Source: Planctomycetota bacterium
Lineage (GTDB): Bacteria; Planctomycetota; Planctomycetia; JALXBF01
NCBI GenBank assembly: GCA_026991575.1
Contig: JALXBF010000105.1
Span: 1 to 64,000 of the forward strand
Direction of reading: 5' to 3'
DNA: 64,000 nucleotides
In this document: piece by piece, positions 9,023 to 19,748 of the stretch
Layout: the number at the start of each line of letters is the position of its first letter
Position numbering within the stretch: the first letter of the stretch is position 1
Position numbers and translations under genes: made by a program
The notes under the pieces: model-generated
The model's input: the letters and a program-made list of their open reading frames with translations, nothing else
Database searches by the model: none
Told to the model about the DNA's origin: nothing

Positions 9023-10035
9023 CGGCTCAGGAAGCAACCGCGGAACGGACCTTGGCCGCGTCAGCGACGGTGCGTGTTGAGGCTGGGTCACGGCTACATT
9101 TTGGCCTCATGGCGCTGGATCCCGCCTCGTCGCATGCCTTCGGCGGAATCGGTCTGTACGTCGAGCAGCCCCGTCTTGTGCTAGAGGTCGAACGATGCGG
9201 GTGCCTCTGTGCCACGGGCCCGCACGCGGGTCGTGCCGCCCGGGTGGCCAGACGGCTGGCTGAGGCCCTGGCAGCGCGCGGCACGGCGCGAGTACCGCCC
9301 GTGGCGCTGCGGATCGTGACGGCACCGCCTGAGCATTGCGGATTCGGTCTGGGCACCCAGCTGTCGCTGGCAGTCGCAGCGGCTCTGGTTCAGATCACGG
9401 GCCATCCGGAACCCGCGGTTCGCTTCGCGGCATCGCTCGGCCGGGGTCGACGGTCGCACGTGGGCATCGCTGCATTCGCCAGCGGCGGTTTCGTCCTGGA
9501 TCGTGGGCAACTACGGGACCGGGACCGGCCACGCACAGAGACCGTGCCGTATCCTGAGCCATGGCGCATCGTGGTCGTGCTGCCGCAAGAACGGCCTGCT
9601 GTGCACGGGCGCGCGGAAGAGCAGCTCATCGAACGTGCGCGGCCCGGCAGCGAGCGGCTCACCCAGGCGCTCTACGCCGTAGCCACCAGCCAGGTCCTAC
9701 CGGCGGTGCGGCACGGTGACTTTGCGGCCTTCTGCCGCAGCCTGGAACAATACGGGCTGCTCGCTGGTAGGATGTTCGAACGGGTCCAGGGAGGCGTCTG
9801 GCGTAGTAAGCTCGCCCCCGAGCTGGCCAAGCGGTTGCGCGAACGCTTCGGCGTGCCACTGGTGCAGAGCTCCTGGGGCCCCGTGCTGGCCGTACCAGCC
9901 CAGAGCGAGCGCCAGGCCCGCATGATTGCGGCTGAGATCCGTGCCGGCCGGCTGGGCCAGCCGGTCCGCCTCTGGATTACGCCCGCGCGCAACCGCGGTG
10001 CGGACACTACGGTGCTGGATAGCCCCAGCCGCTGA
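8992..10035 (+). CDS. mptG: beta-ribofuranosylaminobenzene 5'-phosphate (beta-RFAP) synthase, GHMP kinase fold
   Basis: SRLHFGL, FGGIG, PEHCGFGLGTQLSLAVA, GRGRRSHVGI..F..GGFVLD.G, QSSWGP. Confidence 0.88.
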   Translation: MEQPSRQQAVTAQEATAERTLAASATVRVEAGSRLHFGLMALDPASSHAFGGIGLYVEQPRLVLEVERCGCLCATGPHAGRAARVARRLAEALAARGTARVPPVALRIVTAPPEHCGFGLGTQLSLAVAAALVQITGHPEPAVRFAASLGRGRRSHVGIAAFASGGFVLDRGQLRDRDRPRTETVPYPEPWRIVVVLPQERPAVHGRAEEQLIERARPGSERLTQALYAVATSQVLPAVRHGDFAAFCRSLEQYGLLAGRMFERVQGGVWRSKLAPELAKRLRERFGVPLVQSSWGPVLAVPAQSERQARMIAAEIRAGRLGQPVRLWITPARNRGADTTVLDSPSR

Positions 10036-10064
10036 AGCAACCGCTGCTACGGGAACCCCCGCCG

Positions 10065-10964
10065 ATGCGAGTGCTGGTGACCGGCGCCACCGGACAACTC
10101 GGGCCGTACGTCATCGACGCGCTAGCGTGCGCTGGTTGGAACGTGGTCGCCTGGAGTGGCCACCGCAGGGTGCGGTTGCAGCCGGGCATCGACAGCATCC
10201 CCGTACCGCTGGAGGATGCTCAGGCCGTGTCTCGGGCATGGCAGGAAGCGGAGCCGGAGGCGGTGGTTCATGCCGCAGCCGTGGCCCGAATCGACGCCTG
10301 TTACGCCGATCCACGGCACGCGCACCAGGTCAACGTCACCGGCACGGAAACGCTTTGCGACCTGGCCGATCGATCAAACGTACCGGTGGTCTACATTTCC
10401 ACAGACCTCGTCTTTGACGGCAGCCGTGGCCGCTACACCGAGCAAGATGAGCCTCGGCCGGTCTCGGTCTACGGGCAAACAAAGCTGCGAGCCGAGCAGA
10501 TCGTGCTGCGGTCACCGCGGAACGTCGTCCTTCGGATGAGCCTGCTGTTCGGCCCGGGGCGGTGCGGCGTGGCGAGTTTCCTGGACCGCGTGCTCCGGCG
10601 CTGGCGTCAGGGGGAGCCGATGCGGTTCTTTGAGGATGAGTGGCGGTCACCGCTGGCTCTGAGTGACGCAGCCGAGGCGATCCGACTGACGTTGAGCGGA
10701 GACCTGCGCGGCCTGTACCACGTCGGGGGACCCGAGCGGCTCAGCCGCTGGGAAATGGGCGTTCGCTTCGCACAGCACATGGGCTATCCAGAGCAGCTTC
10801 TGCAACGGGCCAGACGAGCGGAATTCTCGGCAGCGGAGCCGAGACCAGCCGACGTGTCGCTCTGCAGTGACCGGTTCCGAGAAGCCGTTGCCGACTGGCA
10901 GCCGCACCGTTTTCCGGGCCCCTGGTTGACGGAGGAAGGGTGGAGACGTGGCTCGACCGCCTGA
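10065..10964 (+). CDS. RmlD-like extended SDR (NAD(P)-dependent oxidoreductase)
   Basis: VLVTGATGQLG, ISTDLVFDG, YGQTK (YxxxK), GLYHVGG; 3' end overlaps the pabB start. Confidence 0.85.
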   Translation: MRVLVTGATGQLGPYVIDALACAGWNVVAWSGHRRVRLQPGIDSIPVPLEDAQAVSRAWQEAEPEAVVHAAAVARIDACYADPRHAHQVNVTGTETLCDLADRSNVPVVYISTDLVFDGSRGRYTEQDEPRPVSVYGQTKLRAEQIVLRSPRNVVLRMSLLFGPGRCGVASFLDRVLRRWRQGEPMRFFEDEWRSPLALSDAAEAIRLTLSGDLRGLYHVGGPERLSRWEMGVRFAQHMGYPEQLLQRARRAEFSAAEPRPADVSLCSDRFREAVADWQPHRFPGPWLTEEGWRRGSTA

Positions 10965-12507
10965 GTTGTCCAAAGCTCTAGAAGACCGTCTTGGTACGTT
11001 CCTGGGCACGTGGACGGTCCGCGTCAGCGACGACTGGCAGGAGCCACCGCGGATCGAGGAGGCCATCGGCCGAATCAGCCGCTACGCCGCACCACTGATC
11101 CTGGAGAGCCGGCGCAAGGACCCTCGTCTGGGCCGATACAGCTTCCTGACGGCCGACCCAATCGCGTACTTGAGCTACGACCAGGAGGGCATGACGTTGT
11201 GGCTTCCGGGGCGGTCGCCGATGCGCCTGGAGCAGGACTGCGATCCGTTCATGCTGCTGTCCGCGTGCCTGGGGCGCTGGCAGGTTGAATCCACGACAGC
11301 AAACCTGCCGCCGTTTGTCGGCGGCTGGGCGGGCTGGTTCGGCTACGAGCTGGGTAGTTTACTGGAGCCTGTGCCGCCGGCTGCCACCAACGACCTCCAA
11401 CTGCCCTGGCTCGGCATCGGGCTATACGACTGGTGCCTGGTCATTGACCAGCTCCGGCGCCGCTGTTATCTGGTCGTTGCGGCACCGCAGGCCGACGACC
11501 GGGGCCACGAGCGCGCTGCGTGGGCAACGGCGGTTCTCAGCGGCCGCGGGCAACCCCCCCGGGCGCTTGTGGGACTTACCGAGCCGGCCCCCCTGCCGCC
11601 GCTGCCGCTCGACGCTCTGGCCGATGCTTATCCGACACCCATCGACGGGCTCTGGTCCAACTTCGACCTCCAGCGCTACCTGGCTGCCGTCCGCCGCGTC
11701 TTGACATACATCCGCGCAGGCGACATCTACCAGGCGAACCTGTCACAGCGTCTCATCGCCCGCTGCCCGCACGGTGGTTTACCGCTGTACTTGCGACTGC
11801 GCCGCACGAATCCCGCCTTCTTCGCCGCTTACCACCGCTGGGGGGGGATGGAGCTCGTGAGCTGCTCTCCGGAGCAGTTCCTGCGCGTGGGGCCGGACGG
11901 CGCGGTGGAGACTCGTCCGATCAAGGGAACGCGGAGCCGCTGGCCGTATCCGGAAGCAGACCTGGCTGCGCGGGAGGACCTGGCAACCAGCCAGAAGGAC
12001 CGAGCTGAGAACGTCATGATCGTCGACCTGCTACGCAACGACCTCGGCCGCGTTTGCGCATTCGGTAGCGTTAAGGTGGCCGAGGCGCTGCGGGTCTACT
12101 CGTTCCCGTACGTGCATCATCTGGTCAGCACCGTCGTTGGCCGGCTACGCCCGGAACGGACCGCCGCCGATCTGCTGCGCGCGGCCTTTCCTGGTGGCTC
12201 GATCACCGGGGCGCCCAAGGTGCGAGCCATGCAGATCATTGCAGAACTGGAGCCGACCGTGCGCGGCCCGTACTGCGGCGCGATCGGCTTGCTAAGTCTG
12301 AACGGCAGCATGGAAACCAGCATCGCGATTCGCACCATGACATGCCATCGGGGCTGGGTGCAGCTTCCGGTAGGCGGCGGAATTGTCGCCGATTCAGAAC
12401 CTGAAGCCGAATACGAGGAGACGTGGCACAAAGCCCGGGGCATGCTCACGGCGGTGTTGGCCGCAACCATGGCTCCGACGGCGTCGCGCTCCGTGGCGGT
12501 CACCTGA
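10948..12507 (+). CDS. pabB: Aminodeoxychorismate synthase component I
   Basis: GRYSF, PFVGGWAGWFGYELG, IRAGDIYQANLS, PIKGTR, KDRAENVMIVDLLRNDLGRV, FPGGSITGAPKVRAMQII. Confidence 0.9.
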   Translation: MARPPELSKALEDRLGTFLGTWTVRVSDDWQEPPRIEEAIGRISRYAAPLILESRRKDPRLGRYSFLTADPIAYLSYDQEGMTLWLPGRSPMRLEQDCDPFMLLSACLGRWQVESTTANLPPFVGGWAGWFGYELGSLLEPVPPAATNDLQLPWLGIGLYDWCLVIDQLRRRCYLVVAAPQADDRGHERAAWATAVLSGRGQPPRALVGLTEPAPLPPLPLDALADAYPTPIDGLWSNFDLQRYLAAVRRVLTYIRAGDIYQANLSQRLIARCPHGGLPLYLRLRRTNPAFFAAYHRWGGMELVSCSPEQFLRVGPDGAVETRPIKGTRSRWPYPEADLAAREDLATSQKDRAENVMIVDLLRNDLGRVCAFGSVKVAEALRVYSFPYVHHLVSTVVGRLRPERTAADLLRAAFPGGSITGAPKVRAMQIIAELEPTVRGPYCGAIGLLSLNGSMETSIAIRTMTCHRGWVQLPVGGGIVADSEPEAEYEETWHKARGMLTAVLAATMAPTASRSVAVT

Positions 12508-12606
12508 CCAAGTTGCACCGCCGCGTTGTTGTTTGAGACGCCCGAGCATGGGGCGGCGTCTTGCACAGCACCAGAAAGGGTCGTAACCGGATCTGTCAGC
12601 GGCCGT

Positions 12607-13563
12607 TCAGCGCTCGGGCCGGACCCCGAGGACACGGACGGCAGGCCTGGTGTTGCGGCCTGCGGCCACAGGCTGTTCGTGGCCCGTGGCAGGTAAGTCC
12701 AGGCGGCTCGTTTGCTCGGGTGCGCCCTGATGCGTTGCTTCCTGGAGCCGCCGGAGCAAGTCACGGGCGGGCTCCAGGTCCTTGTTCAGTGCGAGCGCCT
12801 CGGTGGCGTGTTTCAGCGCCGTGACGTGATCGCCCAGCTCATATGCGACGACGGCCAGGTTGTAATGGGCCAGCGCCGGGCCCACCGCCCGTCGGAACTC
12901 GTGCCAGGCCTGGTCGTAGTAGCCCATGCAAGCGAGGACGTAGGCGAGATTGTTGCGGTAAAGATCGCGCATCGGGTCGAGGGAAATGGCCTTGCGCAGG
13001 CAGTGTTCCGCCTCGACGAGGTCGCCCAGGTTCTTGTAGCAGAGACCCATGTCGTTCCAGACACTGGGGTTGTCGGGGGCCAGTTCCGTGAGCTGGCGGT
13101 AGAGTTCAAGGGCCGCGTCCGGACGACCGGTCTGCTGGTACACGCGTGCCAGACCCAGAAGTGCCGGCACGTAGTGCGGGTCGGCACGAAGTGCGTTCTC
13201 GTAGGCCTCCTCGGCCTGGCGCAGCGCGCGCTTGTTCTCGTAAGCCTGGCCGATCGAGTAGTGCACTTTGGCTTTGGCCCGTGCACGTTCCTGCTCGCTG
13301 GGTTCATCCTCGGCCACGAACCAGCTCGCCGGGAGAAAACTTGCCAGCAAGCCGGCGCGTTTCTGCGGTTGTGTCGCCACCGCGTGGGTCGCATTCTGCG
13401 CCGACGCCTTCTGGCCAACCGCTGGCTGAACGGGCGTCGATTGTGTGGCTGGGGCCCAACGGCGCACCAGGGGCAGCTTCACCAGGTCCGCACAGCCGCC
13501 GGCGGTCACAGCTGCGCAGGCCAGCATCAGATGGAGCAGGAACTTAGGGCCTCCTTGCACCAT
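12607..13563 (-). CDS. TPR lipoprotein (TadD/pilotin-like)
   Basis: Lipobox-like AGGC after a hydrophobic stretch; multiple TPRs (YRNNLAYVLACMG, AHYNLAVV); last gene of the Tad run. Confidence 0.75.
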   Translation of the reverse strand: MVQGGPKFLLHLMLACAAVTAGGCADLVKLPLVRRWAPATQSTPVQPAVGQKASAQNATHAVATQPQKRAGLLASFLPASWFVAEDEPSEQERARAKAKVHYSIGQAYENKRALRQAEEAYENALRADPHYVPALLGLARVYQQTGRPDAALELYRQLTELAPDNPSVWNDMGLCYKNLGDLVEAEHCLRKAISLDPMRDLYRNNLAYVLACMGYYDQAWHEFRRAVGPALAHYNLAVVAYELGDHVTALKHATEALALNKDLEPARDLLRRLQEATHQGAPEQTSRLDLPATGHEQPVAAGRNTRPAVRVLGVRPER

Positions 13564-13577
13564 GAGAGCAGCTTCCG

Positions 13578-14990
13578 TTACGTGCTGTGTGCTCCTCGGG
13601 CCGCCGTCGCTGCGCCTGCCCCCTCCTGAGGCGACGGCAGTTCACTGCGGAAGAAACGCGCTGCAGCCTCGTCGATCAGCGCCACCGTGATAATCGGTTC
13701 TATCTCGCGAAATCGGCAAATCGCTTGGGCAATTTCCAGCAAATCTCGCGGATCGCTTCCGCGCGGCTGCTTGCCATCCCGATAGTACTTGCTGAAAAGG
13801 TGGTCGAACACCTCCGGCTCGTAGGCGACGCCGAGCCGCTCGGCGGTCATCGCAAAGATCCGCTCGTATTCCTCACGCGTCGGCGCACGGAACTGAAGCT
13901 TGTAGCGGATCCGCCGCAGGAATGCTTCATCGGCCAGATCGGCCGGATCGAGGTTGGTGGAGAAGACCACGAGCTGTTCGAACGGAATGCGGATCTTCTT
14001 ACCGTTGGCAAGTGTCAGGTAGTCGTACCGCTCCTCCAGTGGCAGGATCCAGCGATTCAGCAGCGCCTGGGGCGAGACGATCTGGCGGCCGAAGTCGTCG
14101 ATGACCAGCAGCCCGCCGTTTGCCTTCAGCTGGATGGGCGGTTGGTAGTAATTGCCGGTGGCGTTGTAGCTGAGGTCCAGCATCGACAGGGTCAGCTCAC
14201 CGCCGACCGACACCACCGGCCGGAACACGCACACCCAACGGGGATCGGGCTCAACACCGAATTGCTCGACGCTCAGCGCCGTGGGATCCAGTTCGGGGAA
14301 CCTTTCCTCCAGACGCGTGTGGGCAAGCGGGTCGTAGAGTGTGATGATGCTGCCGGCCTCGTAGATCGCATGCGGCACCCAGATCAGGCCGCCGCGGCGA
14401 TTCAGGAACTCGCCCAGCGCTCGGCTCACCGCGCTCTTGCCGCTGCCCGGTGGGCCGAACAGCAACAGACTATGGCCGCTGACAACCGCAGGCCCGAGAC
14501 CTTCTAGCAAGGCATCGGGCAGTAGCAGGTGGGCAGTCGCCTGCTCGATTTCGCGCCGCGTACACGGCACACCGCGCACCGCCTGCCGAGCCATCTGGGC
14601 AGTGTACTGCTCCAAGGTCACCGGGACCGGCCCGACGTACTGGCACGCAGCCATCGCCTCCTGAGCCCGGCTCCGACCCAGGTCCGTCAGCGCGTATCGG
14701 TACGACACCGGACCGAACAGCTCGCCGCCGGTCACCTCCAGGTACCGCTCGTGCTTGAGCCAATCCAGTAGAGGCTCCAGAACGGAGAACGGCAGACACA
14801 GGCTACGGGCAATCTCATAGCCGTGCATGAGGCCGTGCTGGAGGAGGTGCTTCAGGATCAGATCTGCGACGACAACCTCGTTGAGCCCCGTTTCTTTTAT
14901 GCTCCTTGGTGCCGGCGGCGCCGGGGCCAGTCGCAGCGGCAGTTCGCTCTGCGTGTCCCGGGCAGTTGCCGTTGCCTGTTCTGTTCTCAT
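13578..14990 (-). CDS. AAA+ family ATPase associated with the Tad locus
   Basis: Walker A GPPGSGKS, Walker B LVIDDFGRQ, FSTNL, DEAFLRRI; N-terminal wHTH-like region; ATG 14990 with AGGGGG RBS. Confidence 0.85.
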   Translation of the reverse strand: MRTEQATATARDTQSELPLRLAPAPPAPRSIKETGLNEVVVADLILKHLLQHGLMHGYEIARSLCLPFSVLEPLLDWLKHERYLEVTGGELFGPVSYRYALTDLGRSRAQEAMAACQYVGPVPVTLEQYTAQMARQAVRGVPCTRREIEQATAHLLLPDALLEGLGPAVVSGHSLLLFGPPGSGKSAVSRALGEFLNRRGGLIWVPHAIYEAGSIITLYDPLAHTRLEERFPELDPTALSVEQFGVEPDPRWVCVFRPVVSVGGELTLSMLDLSYNATGNYYQPPIQLKANGGLLVIDDFGRQIVSPQALLNRWILPLEERYDYLTLANGKKIRIPFEQLVVFSTNLDPADLADEAFLRRIRYKLQFRAPTREEYERIFAMTAERLGVAYEPEVFDHLFSKYYRDGKQPRGSDPRDLLEIAQAICRFREIEPIITVALIDEAAARFFRSELPSPQEGAGAATAARGAHST

Positions 14991-15213
14991 GTGACCGATC
15001 CCCCTGTCAAGAACGGCTGCCTCCCCTCTGTCCAAACATAGGTCAAGGCCGAAGCACGGGCTGGATCAGGCGAAGCCTTCTACAGGGCCACCCGCGCGCG
15101 TGATCGCGTCGACCGGTCGCATGCGTGCGGCGCATCAACGAGGCGAGGCCGGCACCCGTCGTCCGGTGCCGGCCCCGCCTCTGTTGTGAGCGTAGTCTCG
15201 GTGAGACCAGCCA

Positions 15214-16053
15214 CTAGTAGCCTGACCTGGAGCCACCGCCGGATCCGCCACCACTGTTGTTGCTGCGACGCATGCGTACGTTGCGGTCCATCCACCGCGG
15301 GAATCGTCCGACGGTCTCGGTGAGCTGTTGGATCGCGCGCTGCGATTCTTCGCCCGTCATCGAGGCCGGCGCGTCCTTGATGGTTACGATGGCGAGGTCG
15401 GTGGGAGCAATGGGCGAGCGCTTCAGGGCTGCCTTGACGGTCTCGATCCGCTCTTCCGTCTCCGCTCTGGACAGCGCTGCCTGCACGTAGATCTCGCGGT
15501 CTCCGGGTCCCAGTTCACGGAGAATCTGGCCCAGACGCCGCTGCCCCATCTCATTCAGTTCGCCGGTGCCAGCCACGAAGTGGTAGTCAAACAGGCCGAA
15601 GCGGAACCTCTTGCCGGCATGGGCCTGCACGTCCCAAGGGTCATAGAACGCTCGCTCGGCAAGCATGCGGTACGGCTCAGGCCAACGAGCAGTCGTTCGG
15701 TACGCGTGGATGTACCATGCCTTGAACCGCTGCCACTTCAACTGAGCGGTGTTGAGCCAGGCACGCGTTGCGCCGCCGACGGTGTGGATCAGTCCCGGGT
15801 CATGGTAATGGGACTGCTCAGCGACGTGCTTGTGGTGAGCGTGGGGCGCAGCGGTCTCTTGGAACCGTCGCTGTCGATCTGCCGACTCGGCAGGCGTCTC
15901 GTTGGCGGCGGGCACAACCGGGCCGTCCGTCGGCTGCTCTGCCACGCGGAAACCGACGTAGGCTGTCTTGCGCAGGGCAAGGCCGCAGCCGCTCTGGACG
16001 GTCGTCAGCAGCGCGATGGAAACAGCCGCCATCACCATGCGATCCGTGCGCAT
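15214..16053 (-). CDS. Hypothetical lipoprotein (possible CpaD-like pilus accessory)
   Basis: GGAGG RBS; lipobox-like QSGC; globular core (YHFVAGTGELNEMGQRRL...IYVQ...RIETVKAAL); Gly/Ser tail. The CpaD likeness is inference only. Confidence 0.65.
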   Translation of the reverse strand: MRTDRMVMAAVSIALLTTVQSGCGLALRKTAYVGFRVAEQPTDGPVVPAANETPAESADRQRRFQETAAPHAHHKHVAEQSHYHDPGLIHTVGGATRAWLNTAQLKWQRFKAWYIHAYRTTARWPEPYRMLAERAFYDPWDVQAHAGKRFRFGLFDYHFVAGTGELNEMGQRRLGQILRELGPGDREIYVQAALSRAETEERIETVKAALKRSPIAPTDLAIVTIKDAPASMTGEESQRAIQQLTETVGRFPRWMDRNVRMRRSNNSGGGSGGGSRSGY

Positions 16054-16106
16054 GGTCTTTCACCTCCGTGTGTCGATGCCTGGTGGCAGGGTAGCTACTG
16101 ATCAAG

Positions 16107-16186
16107 TCGTCGGCGCAAGAGGGCGACGGCCTGTTTGCGGACTGGCGGCTCCGGATACCGGATGACCCGGTTGGAAGAGCTGTAGC
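16107..16186 (-). promoter_or_regulatory. Putative sigma28-like promoter with upstream CCGG/GCTACA motifs
   Basis: Minus strand CAGG-N15-GCCGACGA (16133-16107); upstream repeats on plus strand ccggat, ccggatga, ccggttgg, tgtagc. Confidence 0.4.
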
Positions 16187-16276
16187 GGAAGCAAGGCGCG
16201 GGGATCATAGTGTGCGGGTAGCCTGATCGTACTGCCGCGGCGCGCCCTGCCACGCACGGCGTCTGGAGGCGGAGGG

Positions 16277-17245
16277 CTACTGGGTGACCAGGTTGCGCAT
16301 GATCATGATCGCAGCCGGGCCGACCAGCACGACGAAGATTCCGGGGAATATGAACAGGATCAGCGGGATCATGAGCTTGACCGTTGTTTTCTGGGCGCGC
16401 TCTTCGGCCAGCTGCCGCCGTCTGGTGCGCATTGCGTCGGAGTGGACGCGAAGGGCCTGGGCGATCGAAGTTCCGAAGCGGTCGGCCTGGATGAGCGTGG
16501 CGGCAAGGGCACGCAGGTCATCGACGTCGTTGCGCAGGCCGAGGTCACGCAGCACCTCGCTGCGTGGCTGGCCCATCTGCAGTTGCATCGTGGCAATCTC
16601 GAACTCCTGCGCCAGCACCGGACAAGAGCGCCGGATCTCGCGTGCGACGCGCTTCAGTGCCGCATCCAAGCCCAGCCCCGACTCGACGCACACGACCAGC
16701 AAGTCCAATGCATCAGGCAGGCCGCAGAAGATCGCCTCTTTGCGCCGCTTCGCAATCTGATTGACCACCATGTCGCACGCAAACATGCCGATGCCCAGCC
16801 CCACCAGCGCCCGGGTCAGCCATGGCTGAGAGCCGATGATCGGGACGCCAGCCCCCAGGACCGCCATCACGGCGGCACCGGCCAGGCAGGCAATCCCTTT
16901 GATCGCCAGATAGGTGAACACCGCCCGCTCGCCCCGGATGCCTGCCGCCGACAGCCTCGTCTTGATCTGACTCTGCTCGGCTTCATCCTTGGGCATGAGC
17001 GGCTTGGCCAACGCCGGCCCGGCCTTGTCGACCAGTTCGTCCAATCTGCGTTTCAGCCATTCATGCTTGGCATCGTCGACGGTGGGGGTCGCGTTGCCGC
17101 GTGTGAATCGCTCCATCCGCTCCAGGGGCCGGCTGCGCGCTTCATTCCACCAGGACAGCAGCGCCAGGGCCCCGAAAAGCACGGCGCCGAAGACGCTGAC
17201 TGCCAGCAGGATGTCACCGCCTTGTATCGACCCGAAGAAATCCAC
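16277..17245 (-). CDS. tadC: Tad pilus inner-membrane platform protein (T2SS F family)
   Basis: LPDALDLLVVCVESGLGLDAAL, LIQADRFGTSIAQALRV, EERAQK..VKLMIPLILFIFP; GTG start at 17245 with GGAG RBS. Confidence 0.93.
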   Translation of the reverse strand: MDFFGSIQGGDILLAVSVFGAVLFGALALLSWWNEARSRPLERMERFTRGNATPTVDDAKHEWLKRRLDELVDKAGPALAKPLMPKDEAEQSQIKTRLSAAGIRGERAVFTYLAIKGIACLAGAAVMAVLGAGVPIIGSQPWLTRALVGLGIGMFACDMVVNQIAKRRKEAIFCGLPDALDLLVVCVESGLGLDAALKRVAREIRRSCPVLAQEFEIATMQLQMGQPRSEVLRDLGLRNDVDDLRALAATLIQADRFGTSIAQALRVHSDAMRTRRRQLAEERAQKTTVKLMIPLILFIFPGIFVVLVGPAAIMIMRNLVTQ

Positions 17246-17285
17246 CAGGGCTCGCGCTCCGTGATCGAATCGGTTTCCGTGCCTG

Positions 17286-18272
17286 CTAGACTTTGATGTT
17301 GACGATCTTGCGGATGGCCAGGGCACCGATGATCTGCATGGCACCCGCGATTGCGATCATCTTCTGGCCGAGCGGGTCGCGGAACAGGAGCATGACGTAG
17401 TCGGGATTCAAGCTAAGCAGCACGATGAACACGATGACCGGCAGGGCGTTCAACACCCAGCCGCTGAGGCGACCTTCGGCCGTCAGTGCTTTGACCTGGC
17501 CGTACAGCTTGAACCGTTCGCGGATGACGTAGGAGAGTTTGTCGAGGATTTCGGCCAGGTCGCCGCCCGTTTGCCGCTGGATCGAGATCGCTGTAATCAG
17601 GAATCGGACGTCAACCAGCGGAATTCGCTCGCCCAGCTCCTCCAACGCCTCTTCCATCGGTACGCCCAGGTTCTGTGTCTCGTAGACGCGCAGGAACTCG
17701 GTCCCGATCGGCGGCGGCATCTCCGTGCCGACCATCTGCAAGGCTGCGGGCAAGCTGTACCCGGCACGCAGGCCCCGGGCGAGCATGCCGAGTGCTTCTG
17801 GTAGCTGCGCTTCGAACTCCTTCAGCCGTCGGCTGCGACACCAGATGACCCACAGGATTGGCCCGAGGGCAGCTACGGTGCCAAGTGGCCAGGTGTAGGC
17901 GGGCAAGCCGAGGCCGATCGGGATGGCCAAGCCGAGGAAGCCAAACGCCAGGCAGAACGTCAGCAGCGTCGTTGCCCGAATACGCATGTCCGCTTGTTCG
18001 ATGAGCCGTTCGACGACGGCGACAACGCGGACAAATGGTGCGGCCCAATCGATCTGGCTGAGCTTCTCGGTAAGCTCCTCCCTGAGCAGGCTCGTTCGCT
18101 CGCCGCTGCTGCCGGTGCCGGTCTGTTGCTTTGCCGCGGTGAAGCGGCTGATGCGGCCTGCGATGCGCCGCCGGTGCGCGACTTCGTGGATCAGCACCGC
18201 GCCGGCGGCGAACGCCGCCACGACAGCCAAGAAAACCGGCACTCCGACGCTAAGGTCCGTCCAATCGACCAT
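17286..18272 (-). CDS. tadB: Tad pilus inner-membrane platform protein (T2SS F family)
   Basis: [44 protein letters not shown]. Confidence 0.93.
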   Translation of the reverse strand: MVDWTDLSVGVPVFLAVVAAFAAGAVLIHEVAHRRRIAGRISRFTAAKQQTGTGSSGERTSLLREELTEKLSQIDWAAPFVRVVAVVERLIEQADMRIRATTLLTFCLAFGFLGLAIPIGLGLPAYTWPLGTVAALGPILWVIWCRSRRLKEFEAQLPEALGMLARGLRAGYSLPAALQMVGTEMPPPIGTEFLRVYETQNLGVPMEEALEELGERIPLVDVRFLITAISIQRQTGGDLAEILDKLSYVIRERFKLYGQVKALTAEGRLSGWVLNALPVIVFIVLLSLNPDYVMLLFRDPLGQKMIAIAGAMQIIGALAIRKIVNIKV

Positions 18273-18422
18273 GGTTCACCCTCTGTCAGCGGGGCGCGTC
18301 TGGCGAGCGCATTGGAAGGTCGTGGTCGCCCCCCCGGAGGCTCCTTCCCCGACGGTTGCCATGCGCGTCCCACTGAACCATAGGTCGTGGCGGCTCCGTG
18401 GCAAACGCCGTGGCCCGGTCCC

Positions 18423-19748
18423 TCAGGCTTCCATCAGGATCCGTTCCTGGAACAGTTCCGGGGGCAGTGGCACGCCAGCTGCCTCGAGCCGAGGCAGGCA
18501 CTGGGGTCGAATGCCGGTGGCAACGAATACGCCATACGCGCGGCCTTCCTCATCAATGCCGCGCTGCACAAAGCGGAAGATCTCCGACAGGGTGATGATC
18601 TCCCCCTCCATGCCGGTCACTTCACAGATGGACGTGATCCTGCGTGGCCCGCCTTGCAGGCGATTCGCCTGCACGATGATATCTACCGCGCTGGCGATCT
18701 GCTGCCGCATCGCCTTAACCGGCATCTCGAAGCCGGCCATCATGATCATCGTCTCCAGACGGGCCAGCGCATCGCGGGGGGAGTTGGCGTGCAACGTCGT
18801 CAGCGATCCTTCGTGGCCGGTGTTCATGGCTTGAAGCATGTCCAGCGCCTCGGCACCACGGCACTCACCGATCACGATGCGGTCCGGTCGCATACGCAGG
18901 GCGTTGCGGACCAGATCCCGTGCCGTCACCTCCCCCTTGCCCTCGATGTTTGGCGGCCTGGTCTCCAACCGCACGACGTGCGGTTGGCGGAGCTGGAGTT
19001 CGGCGGCATCCTCGATGGTGATCACCCGCTCATCGGGCGGGATAAACCCGGACAGCACGTTCAGCAGTGTGGTTTTACCGGATCCGGTACCGCCGGAGAT
19101 GATCATGTTCAGCTTCGCCTTGCAGCAGGCCTCCAGGAACGCGATCATCTCGGGCGTGAACGCCTTAAGTTCCAGCAGCTTCTCGACCGTCAGCGGGTTG
19201 CGCCCGAAGCGGCGGATCGAAACGGCCGGACCGTCCAGGGCAATTGGCGGGATGATCGCGTTCAGACGCGAGCCGTCTGGAAGGCGTGCGTCGACCATCG
19301 GGCAAGTCTCATCGACTCGACGCCCCACTTTGGAAACGATTCGGTCGATGATCTGCAGCAGGTGCTTGTTGTCGCGGAACGTAACGCTGGAGCGTTCCAG
19401 CCTCCCGCCCCGTTCAACGTAGACGCTGTGCGGACCGTTGATGAGGATATCGCTGATGGATGGATCCTTCAGCAGGGTTTCCAGCGGGCCGAAGCCGAGC
19501 GTCTCGTTGAGCACCTCCTCCACGAGTCGATCGCGCTCGACCCGCGTCAGCAGCGCGTTGTGAGCGTCGCAGAGGTGCTCGACCACACAGCGGATCTCGC
19601 GCCGTAGCTGTTCCCCCTCCAGGTCCCCTAGCCGACTCAGGTCAAGCTTGTCCACCAGCTTGCTATGGATCGTCTGCTTCAGTTCGTCAAAGCTCACACG
19701 CTGTTTTCCGGCACCGGACGCAGGCTGAGTGGTCAGTCGGCTCATCAT
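18423..19748 (-). CDS. cpaF: Tad pilus assembly ATPase CpaF/TadA
   Basis: [47 protein letters not shown]. Confidence 0.97.
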   Translation of the reverse strand: MMSRLTTQPASGAGKQRVSFDELKQTIHSKLVDKLDLSRLGDLEGEQLRREIRCVVEHLCDAHNALLTRVERDRLVEEVLNETLGFGPLETLLKDPSISDILINGPHSVYVERGGRLERSSVTFRDNKHLLQIIDRIVSKVGRRVDETCPMVDARLPDGSRLNAIIPPIALDGPAVSIRRFGRNPLTVEKLLELKAFTPEMIAFLEACCKAKLNMIISGGTGSGKTTLLNVLSGFIPPDERVITIEDAAELQLRQPHVVRLETRPPNIEGKGEVTARDLVRNALRMRPDRIVIGECRGAEALDMLQAMNTGHEGSLTTLHANSPRDALARLETMIMMAGFEMPVKAMRQQIASAVDIIVQANRLQGGPRRITSICEVTGMEGEIITLSEIFRFVQRGIDEEGRAYGVFVATGIRPQCLPRLEAAGVPLPPELFQERILMEA

